Shown one piece after another: positions 20,392 to 32,516 of a stretch of DNA of 64,000 bases (position 1 is its first letter; each line of letters begins with the position of its first letter). The DNA is from Leptolyngbyaceae cyanobacterium (GTDB lineage: Bacteria > Cyanobacteriota > Cyanobacteriia > Phormidesmidales > Phormidesmidaceae): the NCBI GenBank assembly GCA_965263355.1, contig CBDHHL010000032.1, positions 3,871,140 through 3,935,139 of the forward strand, given 5' to 3'. The position numbers were made by a program, and so were the translations under genes. The notes below the pieces were generated by a model. That model ran no database searches and was not told the origin of the DNA. It worked only from the letters and a program-made list of their open reading frames with translations.

Positions 20392-20543
20392 TTAATGACA
20401 TATTCTCTCTTAAAAGTAGCTATTTACAGATAAATATTTTCTTAAGTAATTTTTTCGAATTGATAAAAAATCCACAGACTAGGCTAACATCCAGTGTTCC
20501 TTGAAAAGGTTAAGGTATTCTCCGATGTAGCAGTGCAAGGTTT

Positions 20544-20783
20544 TTACCAAGGCAACTCTGCAAAGCTATGGACTACTATATTGCACTTATTATTAGGTCT
20601 TGGTCGAAGAGAATGCTCCATGACAATTTCTTTTATTCCGTCTATAAAACCAGATTGTCCTGTAGCCCGAATTGCAGCAGTAGTCACTGTGATGTCGCGC
20701 CATATTGTTATGCGTCGCTCCGATGGATCAGTGTAGCTGTAAACAACGTGATAGCTTTTGGGAGGACTCATAATTGAGTTCAT
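20544..20783 (-). CDS. Hypothetical protein
   Basis: 79-aa ATG ORF, no recognised motif. Confidence 0.35.
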   Translation of the reverse strand: MNSIMSPPKSYHVVYSYTDPSERRITIWRDITVTTAAIRATGQSGFIDGIKEIVMEHSLRPRPNNKCNIVVHSFAELPW

Positions 20784-20905
20784 ATTGTTGGCCCAACAGT
20801 ATCGAAAGGCTCTCTCTTGGTTGACGAAGCTTTATTTTACATTGGGTGCGATCTCAGAATGACTTATCTTTGTACGTCTTGATGTTCTTCGCAAGGATTC
20901 TTGCG

Positions 20906-21250
20906 TTACGATTCTGTAAAAACAACTCCTTTTTGTTCTAGCTGATATTCAGCGGAAACCCAGGTATTACTCAGGACTACATTTAAGGTCTTGGCTTGGT
21001 GATCAATCCAGTAAAAGCCGTTGGGAAGCCGCCCATTATATTTTTTCAGCCACTCATCCCAGAACGACTTCTCTACAAAGCCTATTCGAGATTCCATCAT
21101 TTGTATGTTTTGGCTGTTTGTCAAGCTTTGCCTTTGACCCTCCAATACCTGCCACAGATGGATGCTACTGGGGACCGTCACATGCTGGAGGTCTTCAACT
21201 TTTACAAATTCAGGCATGTTTATGATTAGAAAACAACATTGATGCTCCAA
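20906..21250 (-). CDS. Hypothetical protein
   Basis: About 100-114 aa ORF with globular-looking composition. Confidence 0.45.
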   Translation of the reverse strand: MEHQCCFLIINMPEFVKVEDLQHVTVPSSIHLWQVLEGQRQSLTNSQNIQMMESRIGFVEKSFWDEWLKKYNGRLPNGFYWIDHQAKTLNVVLSNTWVSAEYQLEQKGVVFTES

Positions 21251-21442
21251 GGGGATTCTCTAGTGCGACATTACTCACTGGAGGTATTCAATCTCAGCGA
21301 AACATAGCTTAACGGAATATTAACGTCTTTAAAGATAAAATGGATTTATTCAGAAGAAGTTAATGTATAAACTGCATTTATTGATTTAATACGCTTATTA
21401 AACTCGGTGCTTTGCACTACCTCTATTTAGGAAAACTCAATA

Positions 21443-21625
21443 ATGATTCACACAGAAGTTTATAACCTTGAAGTCAAATCAGGTACTCGAAATCACAAGG
21501 GTTATTTTGTTCAAGATATGACTTATAGATTGGTTGGCATTGATCAAGCTGGTTGGGCTTTGATTTGTCAAGATAACACTACTTGCCACTACGTAGATCC
21601 TGATTGTTTGCAAGAAATCATCTAG
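21443..21625 (+). CDS. Small hypothetical protein
   Basis: 60-aa ORF with TAGGA upstream. Confidence 0.5.
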   Translation: MIHTEVYNLEVKSGTRNHKGYFVQDMTYRLVGIDQAGWALICQDNTTCHYVDPDCLQEII

Positions 21626-21859
21626 CGTGATTGGTAGCTGATCAGTTCCAGGAATGGTTGACTTGTCCGTTCCTACCCAGATTTATCCATTGAGAATACT
21701 TTTTTAAAGGCAGCAGATTAAATTAGCTGCTAGTCCAAAAATAGTATCTAAAGCTTCGTTCATTTAATAAACTCTTTAACAATTTATCCAATGAAATCTT
21801 TGATTCAGCATGCGCGTTTTGATTCAGAGACGCCAATGTCTAAGATGGAAGAAACTCTG

Positions 21860-21967
21860 ATGCACAGACATATTTGTCTTTGTTGCTCAAGTGTTTTACT
21901 TCGGCATGTTTCTTCAGGTAAGCTTTCTTGGCGTTGTAGTCACTGTTGCCAAAATATGCCAGTTTAG
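21860..21967 (+). CDS. Cys-rich zinc-ribbon-like microprotein A (35 aa; in-frame ATGs back to 21791)
   Basis: MHRHICLCCSSVLLRHVSSGKLSWRCSHCCQNMPV; paralogue at 27169. Confidence 0.7.
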   Translation: MHRHICLCCSSVLLRHVSSGKLSWRCSHCCQNMPV

Positions 21968-22101
21968 GAAACTCTTAAAGTAGACAGCTCTCAATTAACG
22001 TCGAGTTGACAATCCAATGTCGATTTGAGCCTCATAGCAGAACTTGGTGAAAGATCTGAGTTCTGTATTATCAATCTAATTATAATTCCTGGATAAATAG
22101 C

Positions 22102-22362
22102 ATGGAAGATAAATTTTTCGAACAAACATGTAACCTATTTCTTCGCTTTGATAATTGGCTTATGGATGGATGCACCGATGATAGCTTTACACAAGCAGAG
22201 CGCATGACCATTGCATCGAGTCTTGCTCAAACCGTAATGCTCAGTATGCGATTGGAGACGATTGATTCTGCAACGGATACTGTTGGCTCTAAATTATCGG
22301 GTCTTAGCAAAGATGTATCTGTGGGATTGGAAGCTGTCAAAAATAAGATGCCAAGGGAATAA
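22102..22362 (+). CDS. Hypothetical protein
   Basis: 86-aa ATG ORF. Confidence 0.45.
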   Translation: MEDKFFEQTCNLFLRFDNWLMDGCTDDSFTQAERMTIASSLAQTVMLSMRLETIDSATDTVGSKLSGLSKDVSVGLEAVKNKMPRE

Positions 22363-22442
22363 ATCCTGAGGGGCGACAATATCTTCTTGACAGAAATATG
22401 GAATATGAGACATGGAACTGCAGATATTGCCGGGCTAAACCC

Positions 22443-23537
22443 TTAACTAACAAGCGGTAGCATAGAGTCCGGACAACCAACAAAGTGTTTTTTTATAAAT
22501 GGAGATGTCATTGCTGCTAACAATCCTCCATAGGTAAGACCAAAGGTAACTTCACTACCAATGGGGAAATGAGTGCTCCTATCCTCTAAAATAATGTGGT
22601 CACTGCTAGCCCCCAATATCTCTAAATCGTCAAGGGGACTTAGGCCAGATACTAAGACATCCTGTATACCCAACGCAATAATCACACGTTGATGAATACC
22701 TCGATCTAAGTATTGGGGACTATTCCCAAAAGCATCCTGGCAGCTTTCACCGTTAGGGAGAGATGGTTTTTTCTTTGATTCGATCACTTCAGCAACCAGT
22801 TTAAAGGCACTGGTATCTAATTCAGGAATAGTCTTTCGATGCGCCGTTTCGTACCCTAAAAGAATCGATTCACCCAGGCGTAGATTGTTAATTCGTCCAA
22901 CATCTTGAGTAGACTCATACCAGTCGTAGTTGGCCGAATTGCCCCCTGAGATAAGAGCTAAATGAATCTGAAGTTCTTTTTCGATGGAATGCGCTATTTC
23001 AGACAATTGACGCATCTTTGCATTATTTGGCTTGATACCACCATAGCAAGCCAAATTGCATCCAATTCCAATAATTTGGATATTTGATAAGGCATCGGCA
23101 TCTTTAATGAATTTTGAAAGATCCTTGGGAAGAACCCCTTCACGCAAATCACCTAGTTCGACCATAACAATGATTTGATGAATTTTGTTATGCTGAATAG
23201 CGTAATGGGAGAGTTCTTTTATCGTTTGAAGTTCTGTGTTGAGGCTAATATCCGCATTTTGAATCACAGATTCTGCCTGACTTAACGGAGTCCGCAACAG
23301 TACAAATTGAGTTAATATGCCAGCCTTTCTCATCTTTTGAAGATTTTCAATGCGAGAATCGGCAATAAATTTTACTCCACCTAAAATCATGGCCTCAGCA
23401 ACCAAGGGATTGCCAAGCACAGCTTTAGAAACTCCCATCAGGTCAATCTTTTTACGCCCATAAAAGTTGCATAAAAATTGAGTGTTGTACCGTATCTTAG
23501 ATAAGCTGATTTCTATTCTTGGCATCAATAATGCCAT
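22443..23537 (-). CDS. Alanine/ornithine racemase-family PLP enzyme
   Basis: GVSK PLP lysine, ADSRIENL, ELGDLREG, SGGNS, NNLRLGE, GASSDH. Confidence 0.87.
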   Translation of the reverse strand: MALLMPRIEISLSKIRYNTQFLCNFYGRKKIDLMGVSKAVLGNPLVAEAMILGGVKFIADSRIENLQKMRKAGILTQFVLLRTPLSQAESVIQNADISLNTELQTIKELSHYAIQHNKIHQIIVMVELGDLREGVLPKDLSKFIKDADALSNIQIIGIGCNLACYGGIKPNNAKMRQLSEIAHSIEKELQIHLALISGGNSANYDWYESTQDVGRINNLRLGESILLGYETAHRKTIPELDTSAFKLVAEVIESKKKPSLPNGESCQDAFGNSPQYLDRGIHQRVIIALGIQDVLVSGLSPLDDLEILGASSDHIILEDRSTHFPIGSEVTFGLTYGGLLAAMTSPFIKKHFVGCPDSMLPLVS

Positions 23538-23649
23538 TTATTGACTCCAAATACGGTGATTCTCGGTTGAGATAAATACAGTCTGATTGTATAGAGGAGT
23601 GGGGAGTGGGGAGTTATTCAATGCGTTTGAAAAATCCATAACACAGTCT

Positions 23650-24771
23650 TTATCTCGTGGCTAGCTGCGGTATGTCGCCTAGAGACGTTGGCTTAGAACG
23701 CAAATTAAGCTGTGGGAAACAATCGTCTAACACATTCAATAGCTTCTGACACCCATAATTCAATACATCTGTTGTTGGCAATCGAAAAAAGCGCTCACAA
23801 TCCTTTATGGTTTCTACGGATTCTGCTGCTGTTAAATTTTTGTTGTTGAGTGTAATAGCCATCACCTTAGACTGAGAAATCGCCTCAATCAATCGAATCT
23901 CACTTTCAAGCGTCGGCATGGGTAAATCTGGAAAATCGCATCGAAACTTTCTAGCAGACGGATGCTGGAGAATGACTCCATCAGGCATACTTCCCTTCAA
24001 AATCCCCACGGAACTCATAAAAGCAGGATGGCTAACCGCACCCTGTCCTTCGACTAAAATAATGTCTGGATTTTCATTTTCAAAAGCTTGAACAACAGCA
24101 TGTTCTATCTCACCAACGACAAACTGCGAAACCAGGGCGTCGATGGATGCACCGTACTTTGCCCCCTGCATTAGGCCAGTTTGACCGGTTGCAATCATGA
24201 TTGACCTGACACCCAGACTATTCAAGGCTTTGTTAAGTTCCACGGCAGTTGTCATTTTGCCACAGGCGCAATCGGTACCTAATATGGCAATAACCGGAAT
24301 GTTAATCTTAGCAATCTGTCCTGTGAAAATATGCAGATCCTTGAGTTGTGGAGGTTTTCGGATATCTCTGATTTGCACATTACATTGTTCAGCCATATGA
24401 CTGAACTCTGCATCGTCAGAAAAAAATTCGTGCAGTCCATTGATAATATCCATACCCTCTTCCATGGCCTCCAAAATTAGGAACCTTTCTTCGGAAGATA
24501 TGCGGGCATCTAAAGGTGCCTTGCCATAGATATAGCAGTTTGGGATCTCTGGTAGGGCATCTAAAGCTGCTCTCAAATTAGCAAAAATGGGAATATTATT
24601 TTTTTTATCGCCTAAAACTTCCCCCGTATCCTGACCGGTTAACGAGCTATCAAGCACTCCAACAATCTGATATGTATCAGATTGTCGAATTAACCCTGAT
24701 GCTGTTTTGCCGTCAATTAATCCAAATTGTTCTTCACAATAGATTAGCGCTGTTTTCTGCATGGTCATCAT
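23650..24771 (-). CDS. DUF1611 P-loop protein (DgcN-like)
   Basis: GKTA.GL, NGLH.F, GTDCACGKMTT, ATGQTG, VEGQG...HPA. Confidence 0.87.
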   Translation of the reverse strand: MMTMQKTALIYCEEQFGLIDGKTASGLIRQSDTYQIVGVLDSSLTGQDTGEVLGDKKNNIPIFANLRAALDALPEIPNCYIYGKAPLDARISSEERFLILEAMEEGMDIINGLHEFFSDDAEFSHMAEQCNVQIRDIRKPPQLKDLHIFTGQIAKINIPVIAILGTDCACGKMTTAVELNKALNSLGVRSIMIATGQTGLMQGAKYGASIDALVSQFVVGEIEHAVVQAFENENPDIILVEGQGAVSHPAFMSSVGILKGSMPDGVILQHPSARKFRCDFPDLPMPTLESEIRLIEAISQSKVMAITLNNKNLTAAESVETIKDCERFFRLPTTDVLNYGCQKLLNVLDDCFPQLNLRSKPTSLGDIPQLATR

Positions 24772-24857
24772 TCAATCATTCTCCTTACTTTGATACTTTG
24801 AAATCTAGGATTGCCATATTAAAATGCCACAGCCTCCTAGTTTTGGTTGCTGACTGA

Positions 24858-26486
<1,629 letters not shown>

Positions 26487-26550
26487 TTACTGAGGCATTA
26501 ATCAGGAGGAAACCTTTCTGAAACCCGGCCTACAATAGCTGACATCTGTT

Positions 26551-26640
26551 CTATGAGGTGATATCTCTTAAATCTTTTTCAGCTATCAGAATATAGGTGT
26601 CATCGCTGAGGATAAGGGGCTTACTCGTTATGCATAACAT
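26551..26640 (-). pseudogene. Possible decayed groES 3' end
   Basis: ILSDDTYILIAEKDLRDITS resembles the GroES C-terminus; stop is 107 bp upstream of groEL. Confidence 0.35.
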
Positions 26641-27168
26641 CCCAGTGTTGGAACAACTGAACTTCAGCACCTCTTAGGCTGATTTAACCTAGGAAATAGA
26701 TTTTATGTTCATAGTCTCATTATTCCTTAAGACTGTGAACCAGCTATCAGCAGGCACATTTTCTGAAAGATGCCTTAAGATGCCCTAAACTTGTCAAATT
26801 AGTTGAATTGAAGAGGTATGATTGAAGCCTCTTGTAGCATGCCAACTCAATAAAAATAATATTGTTTTTGAACCCTGTTAAAAAATAGCTAAGCTCCAAA
26901 GCTATTTAGGTGAAAGGAAGGTTAATTGACAATAATTTTGGATGCTGTGTTGCTCATACGCCTATTATACACATAGACTTATCGAAAAAGACATACAGCG
27001 GCTAATCTTATCAAGTGCTACCTCTTTTGTTGAGATCATCTACAATTAAAACAATATCAACACGATCTTAAACAAAATGAGAAGTTCACCAATAACCGAT
27101 CCTATTAATCTGGTTAACCATGAGTAAGTCATGGCGTGCCGTCATCAGTAACCATGGAGAAATCCAGG

Positions 27169-27285
27169 ATGAATCGAAGTATATGTCCTTGTTGCTCGAA
27201 TGTTTTACTTCGTCACATTAGATCAGAAGGCATCTCTTGGCGTTGTAGCCATTGTCGCCAATCTATGCCTAGCATCCAAAATTAA
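27169..27285 (+). CDS. Cys-rich zinc-ribbon-like microprotein B (38 aa)
   Basis: MNRSICPCCSNVLLRHIRSEGISWRCSHCRQSMPSIQN; GGAG upstream. Confidence 0.75.
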   Translation: MNRSICPCCSNVLLRHIRSEGISWRCSHCRQSMPSIQN

Positions 27286-27299
27286 GCCTGTGCTATTCT

Positions 27300-27509
27300 A
27301 TGGGTGAGCCAGTGTTGCCTTTTATCCTTAGCCCGCATACCTTTAATGGGCTTTTCACACTCTGCCGCTCAACTCGCAGTTCGATCCTACAAAATCAAAC
27401 TAACCTCGGGTATGACATGTTTTTCTGTAAGGTTTGTCGGCGAATCTTCAGTGAGCACAAAGACACTCCTTTTCATTTTATTGAAGCCGATATTCTATTT
27501 CAGGTCTGA
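27300..27509 (+). pseudogene. IS6-like transposase N-terminal remnant
   Basis: TNLGYDMFFCKVCRRIFSEHKDTPF zinc-finger-type start. Confidence 0.55.
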
Positions 27510-28715
27510 CTATGTCGAAAGCTTTGTTTCTTCCAAGGTGGGAATTTCTTCTAAGAATCGTAGCATAGGCTTCATGGTCAGTCCTTGTACAAATACAGAA
27601 AAGGCAACAACTCCAAAGGTAACCGTGATAATTTCAAATCGACGTGGCATATCAAGTGGTAACCCCAAAGCTAAGGCAAGGGCTAGAGCACCGCGTAATC
27701 CGCCCCAAAATAAAGCATGTTGATGAGTAATTTTAACTCGCAATTCAGATAGAGTGAAGATTGCACATAGCGGATAAATTGCAAAAGCTCGTCCAACAAT
27801 AACAACGCTAATAGCAACTAAGATCGGCAATAGAAAGTAACCAAAATTTTCGTGGGATTCTTGAATTCCAATTAAGATAAAAATGAGCGAATTTGCTACG
27901 AACGCTGCATACTCCCAAAAAGCTTCGACTGATTTTCTTCCTTCATCTGAAATAGAGCCAAGGGAACCTAAATTACCAATCATTAGCCCCGCTGTGACCG
28001 TTGCCAGTACTCCTGACCAGTGAAAGTGTTCTGCTAAGAGAAACGAGCCATAGGCTACCACAGTTGTAAAGGTAATTTCGACTAATGGATCCTCTGTCTG
28101 CCCTGATAATAATAACAGAGTGCTTGCAACCACGATGCCGCATAAGATGCCGCCACCAATTGAAGCTATTAATGTGCTTACTGTACTAGAAAAACTAATA
28201 CTCTGACCCATTGCTAAGGTAACAGCTATTCCAAAACATACGGCAGCAGTACTGTCATTAAATAAACTTTCAGCTTCTACTAATAGCTTCAATCTTCCCT
28301 GAACCCCCGTCTCCTTAAAAGTAGCAATTACCGAAACCGGATCAGTTGCTGTAATGAGAATACCGAAGACCATAGCAACTTTCCATTCCCAGCCTGCTAA
28401 ATAGTGCATGCCTGCAGCAGTAATTCCAGATGATAGTAGTACTCCTATCGTTACCAAGGTGAGGACGACCCATAAATCTTTCTGTAATTCTTTCCAGCGG
28501 ATGTAAAGCGTGGCTTCAAATATTAAAGCAGGCAGAAAAATTAAAAAGACAAGTTCTCTGGATAACTCGAGGGGATTAGAAAAAGGTATAAACGAGATTC
28601 CAACTCCAGCAATAACTAAGCCGATTGTGTAGGGAATCTTGATCAACCTTGCCAGCATCGCCACGATTGCAGCCACAAAAAGAAAGAACTCTATTTGCTC
28701 AATGTTTAGAGTCAT
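27510..28715 (-). CDS. CPA1 Na+/H+ antiporter (NhaP-like)
   Basis: FLPALIFEA, ATDPVSV, ESLFND, WGGLRGAL. Confidence 0.93.
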   Translation of the reverse strand: MTLNIEQIEFFLFVAAIVAMLARLIKIPYTIGLVIAGVGISFIPFSNPLELSRELVFLIFLPALIFEATLYIRWKELQKDLWVVLTLVTIGVLLSSGITAAGMHYLAGWEWKVAMVFGILITATDPVSVIATFKETGVQGRLKLLVEAESLFNDSTAAVCFGIAVTLAMGQSISFSSTVSTLIASIGGGILCGIVVASTLLLLSGQTEDPLVEITFTTVVAYGSFLLAEHFHWSGVLATVTAGLMIGNLGSLGSISDEGRKSVEAFWEYAAFVANSLIFILIGIQESHENFGYFLLPILVAISVVIVGRAFAIYPLCAIFTLSELRVKITHQHALFWGGLRGALALALALGLPLDMPRRFEIITVTFGVVAFSVFVQGLTMKPMLRFLEEIPTLEETKLST

Positions 28716-28856
28716 GTTGTCAGATATCCGAGTAGAAACTATCTATTCGAGCGGGAAGCTTAAGTAAGCACTATTGTTTTCGTCTGTTATTACTCCGGCA
28801 GTATAAGTTTTAATCCAGTGTCTACAAGGATTTTCGACTGTAAAATACACACTCAA

Positions 28857-29693
28857 TTACTGCCGGGTTAATAGGTGCTTTTCCAACTGCTGCTCATAAC
28901 TAAGATCCTGAGTATTCAGTAATTTATCCCAGAACGTGAAATATAGCCCGTAATGTACAGTATATTTGCGATGATGAATAGCATGATGGGCAGGACCAAT
29001 AAACCACCTTCCCAGCCAATGGTGGGGAAACGAAGCGGGCAAACGGTCAATCCCAAGATGATTTACCACCGCCCATATCGTCATCGTTGTAAGGACTGCG
29101 ATTAGAGTGATAAAATGAAGTGGAATGACAAAGACAATCCCAACCAAGAACAGAGACTGAACAATCGCCTCTAGAGGGTCAAAGGCAAAGGAAGTCCATG
29201 GGGTAGGATGGTGCGATCGGTGGTGACCTCGGTGTAACCAGGGAAAGAGTAACGGGTGGTGAAATAACCGATGGGTGAAATAAAAATAAGTATCCTGCAG
29301 CACCAACACTACACCGTAGCTGACGCCTAAATACCAGAGCCCATATGCTTGAGGGTGACTATATAATCGAGTGATGCCCCAACCGTATCCAGACATAATA
29401 AACGCTGCTGCCAGTGCAAACACCCCTGCCGAAAGAATCGAGAGCGTAATATCTTGTTGAATTAATCGCCAGGACGGAGACCAATGCTGCAGGTTGTGAT
29501 TAGTAAAGGGCTGACTCAAGGGCGAATAGAAGAACAAATAGGTTCCCCCTGCTACCAAAAAATATCGCACTAGAATAATCCCAAAAAAAGCGATGCTGTA
29601 AAATCCAAATGAGTGGTCTATCAAGTTAACCTCCTTGCCATTCCCGACCTTCAAAGTCCTTTTAAGGTAAGGGCAATGTGCCTCAATAACCAT
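28857..29693 (-). CDS. Sterol desaturase/fatty acid hydroxylase family protein
   Basis: HRLFH, HRGHH, NH, HHAIHH, YGLYFTFWD. Confidence 0.88.
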   Translation of the reverse strand: MVIEAHCPYLKRTLKVGNGKEVNLIDHSFGFYSIAFFGIILVRYFLVAGGTYLFFYSPLSQPFTNHNLQHWSPSWRLIQQDITLSILSAGVFALAAAFIMSGYGWGITRLYSHPQAYGLWYLGVSYGVVLVLQDTYFYFTHRLFHHPLLFPWLHRGHHRSHHPTPWTSFAFDPLEAIVQSLFLVGIVFVIPLHFITLIAVLTTMTIWAVVNHLGIDRLPASFPHHWLGRWFIGPAHHAIHHRKYTVHYGLYFTFWDKLLNTQDLSYEQQLEKHLLTRQ

Positions 29694-29800
29694 TGTCAGA
29701 ATTTAGTAGCAAGCTTCAGACTCTAAGGCCACTGGACAGTTGCCTAAGCACAGCCATAGCCCAAAGGTATGGCTGATCTGAGTGGATTTTATTTAACGTT

Positions 29801-30760
29801 TTACTGGGCTAAACCAAGATTCAAAAGTTCTTGGGGAGATGCCAGGAGGTCAATGCCCACAAAGAAAATTTTACCTTCAGGATTCAGTAAGAACCGCCAG
29901 GCCACGCTGATATCAACACTGTCTCCAAACCAGGGAGTTTGCACTTTCCCCGTCACTTTAACCTGGGTGAATCCTTCTTCTGTTGGCTTAGAGACTCCTC
30001 GTTCAGGTTTCAGTTTCAGTCCATAGCAGTCTTCACGCATGTATGTGAGAATGTTCTCCTGCCCCACGATCGGTTCCTCGAAAGGGGGTTTCAAAGCACC
30101 GTCTTCAACAAATAATGCAACTGCCGCAGGGAAATCAAAGGCATTCATATTTTCCATATAACTCAGAACCGTCGCATTCTTGATGCCTTTAATGCGGACT
30201 TTGGTTCGAGGTGCAGCCTTTTTGGGGGGAATCATAGGTTCTTTGACTTTCGGAGTCATACCTGTTGGGGCATACCCCATATTGGCGACAATGTCTTGTA
30301 AGACGGTGAGCTGCTGTCCCCCTTCTAGTTGACGAATGGCTCCAAGCCATTCGGATGCCTTCGCGGACAGCTTATAGCCTTTAGGGATGGGAGCAACGAT
30401 ACCCTGTTGCATCCATTCGCTTAACTGATACCAGAATCCCAACTTGACATTCGTGCCAAAAGACGAATACGTCTGGCAGATGGGGGTATCTGTATGATTG
30501 ACCAGATCGCACATCACCTGGGTTTGCTCCAAAGCAGGCATCTGTTTGATTTGAGTCAGGGTCCGTTCTGCGAATACCATAGGGACAACCTGCATCGCAG
30601 CAGGAATAATTGTAATGCCCATCTCAGTGTAGGCAAACCAAAGTAAAGCCAACTGATCTTCAGCATTGAGCTGATTGAATGATTGAACAGTCTCCGGAAC
30701 TGCATCAGCAACTTGAGTGTCAGGAAAAATGGTGCGAGCTGAATCAATGGTAAACGGCAT
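29801..30760 (-). CDS. ocp: Orange carotenoid protein, OCP2-like
   Basis: MPFTIDSAR, LALLWFAY, KLGFWY, NTF2-like CTD (GKVQTPWFG, AWRF); OCP2-type segments FPDTQVA, PAAMQV, CYGLKL; no frp adjacent. Confidence 0.93.
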   Translation of the reverse strand: MPFTIDSARTIFPDTQVADAVPETVQSFNQLNAEDQLALLWFAYTEMGITIIPAAMQVVPMVFAERTLTQIKQMPALEQTQVMCDLVNHTDTPICQTYSSFGTNVKLGFWYQLSEWMQQGIVAPIPKGYKLSAKASEWLGAIRQLEGGQQLTVLQDIVANMGYAPTGMTPKVKEPMIPPKKAAPRTKVRIKGIKNATVLSYMENMNAFDFPAAVALFVEDGALKPPFEEPIVGQENILTYMREDCYGLKLKPERGVSKPTEEGFTQVKVTGKVQTPWFGDSVDISVAWRFLLNPEGKIFFVGIDLLASPQELLNLGLAQ

Positions 30761-30844
30761 AATTAAAGCCTCCAAATGAATTGAACTATTTAGTTAACCA
30801 AAACTTGTGTGGGAGATATACATTAGACACCTATAGACTTACGA

Positions 30845-31144
30845 TTAGCTGGCCATAAAAGCAATCCATGTGGTCAAGGCAACAAACAAGCTAGCGGCTA
30901 CCCCCAGGAAAACATAACGCCGCTGTTGTTTTTGAGAGGGATATTTTGCGTCATACATCTCAGGCTCAATTGCATAGTTATTGACAATTCCCTCATCGTC
31001 TACTCTGTAGCCAGTCCCTAATGGCTCGTTAAGCGATTCGCTAGATTTCTTGCGAATATTCACTTGGACCTCGGCAGGGATGAGCTCACTACCATCACTG
31101 GGAGGTGTTGCTGCTATTTTTCTCTCTTTATCGGTGTAATTCAT
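30845..31144 (-). CDS. psb34: Psb34/Ssl1498-family PSII assembly protein
   Basis: DEGIVNNYAIEPEMY.A.YPS..QQRRY plus C-terminal TM helix. Confidence 0.8.
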   Translation of the reverse strand: MNYTDKERKIAATPPSDGSELIPAEVQVNIRKKSSESLNEPLGTGYRVDDEGIVNNYAIEPEMYDAKYPSQKQQRRYVFLGVAASLFVALTTWIAFMAS

Positions 31145-31258
31145 GGTTATATAGCCTCATTAAAAGGTTAAGTAAGTGAACAGAATGAATGCTCCAAGAC
31201 TTTTTTGAAATTTAGCCTCTATCGGTAATTTAGACAGCTAAAGAATCCATTACCTGCG

Positions 31259-32134
31259 TTACTGCTGAACATCGCCAAGATTAAATAGAAAGGGCATCCC
31301 TGCTTGCTCTTTGCCTCCCATCACTAAGACTTTGGGCATTTGAGCCCCACCGTCTTTCCAGGCTTGGATGGCCTCTTTTTGCAACACGAGTTGCCCTCCT
31401 TGAGCTTTCAACGTTTCGGCTAGTAATCTTTGTGCCTCTGCTTTACCCTTGGCACGGTTGACATCCGCCTGGGCCTCTTGTTCGGCTTCTTGGGCTACAT
31501 AAATCGCTCTTTTGGCTCGCTGTTCAGCAATTTGTTTTTCTTCTACGGCCTTAGCAAATTCCGGGGAAAAGTCTAAATCGACGACGCTCGTATCCAGGAC
31601 AATAATTCCATATTTTTCGAGTCTCTCGCTTAAGGCGTCATCAAAATCTCGCTTGAGTTCATTTCTTTTGGTAATCGCTTCTTCTACCGTTCTTCTGGCA
31701 GCGGCAATCTTAAACGATTCCTGGGTTTGGGGCGCAATAATTTTAGAAACAATATTGGCTAAGGTCCCTTGGGTTCTACGAATTTCGACCACTAGTAGTG
31801 GATCCAGGCGAAAATTAATGGCAAAACGAGCCGATAGATCCTGCAGGTCTTTGGTAGAACTTTCTGCGGGCACTTCAAACTTTTGCACGGTCAGATCGTA
31901 TATATCCACGACCGAAATCAATGGTGGTTTGAAGTGAATGCCTTCTAATAAAACACCATCTCTGGCTTTTCCTAAAACGCTAATAACCCCAGCTTGGCCA
32001 GGGTTAAGAACAGTAAAGCTGTTAAACCCTAGAAAAAGGATCAAGCTTACTAAGATGACGGGCGTTAATAGTTTATTGCTCAAGGAAAATTGATTGTTCA
32101 AGTTGTTCTCCAAAATAGATTGCTTTGTCCCCAT
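31259..32134 (-). CDS. Prohibitin (SPFH/band 7) protein
   Basis: SSTKDLQ, FSPEFAKAVEEKQIAEQ, AEAQRLL. Confidence 0.9.
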   Translation of the reverse strand: MGTKQSILENNLNNQFSLSNKLLTPVILVSLILFLGFNSFTVLNPGQAGVISVLGKARDGVLLEGIHFKPPLISVVDIYDLTVQKFEVPAESSTKDLQDLSARFAINFRLDPLLVVEIRRTQGTLANIVSKIIAPQTQESFKIAAARRTVEEAITKRNELKRDFDDALSERLEKYGIIVLDTSVVDLDFSPEFAKAVEEKQIAEQRAKRAIYVAQEAEQEAQADVNRAKGKAEAQRLLAETLKAQGGQLVLQKEAIQAWKDGGAQMPKVLVMGGKEQAGMPFLFNLGDVQQ

Positions 32135-32212
32135 TCCTTAAGAAATCAAGGATGATCGCACCTAGGAGTAACGCTCTGATAGAAAGTCTAGTCCAAGCCA
32201 TGGCTTGCAACC

Positions 32213-32392
32213 CTAGGCACTTTTGAGTAAATGCTTAACCAAATTATCCTTGACCATCATTTGGCGCGTTATTTCAACTACATACTCCTGCGCCTGCTTC
32301 AAACTCAATTTTCTCACTTGTAATGTGATCATTCGGAGTTGAAACTGCTGTTCTAATGTTAAATCGCCGGGTAGATCTTTTATCTGTTCCAC
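32213..32392 (-). CDS. nblA: Phycobilisome degradation adaptor NblA (59 aa, GTG start; absent from the ORF track)
   Basis: Own translation: EQIKDLPGDLTLEQQFQLRMITLQVRKLSLKQAQEYVVEITRQMMVKDNLVKHLLKSA. Confidence 0.85.
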   Translation of the reverse strand: MEQIKDLPGDLTLEQQFQLRMITLQVRKLSLKQAQEYVVEITRQMMVKDNLVKHLLKSA

Positions 32393-32516
32393 AATTGTTC
32401 TACATAAGGTATGGGCATAGATTGATCACAGTTCAATCCGTTTTAAGCCCTGGAGTATTTTTGCCCCTGTAGGTGCTTTCCCAAGAGTAGCGATAGAGCC
32501 ACTCTCGGGAAATGGC

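Noticed and set aside
21308..21336. TTAAC repeats resembling a Pho box
   Set aside because: Poor consensus match, irregular spacing and no phosphate-related gene nearby.
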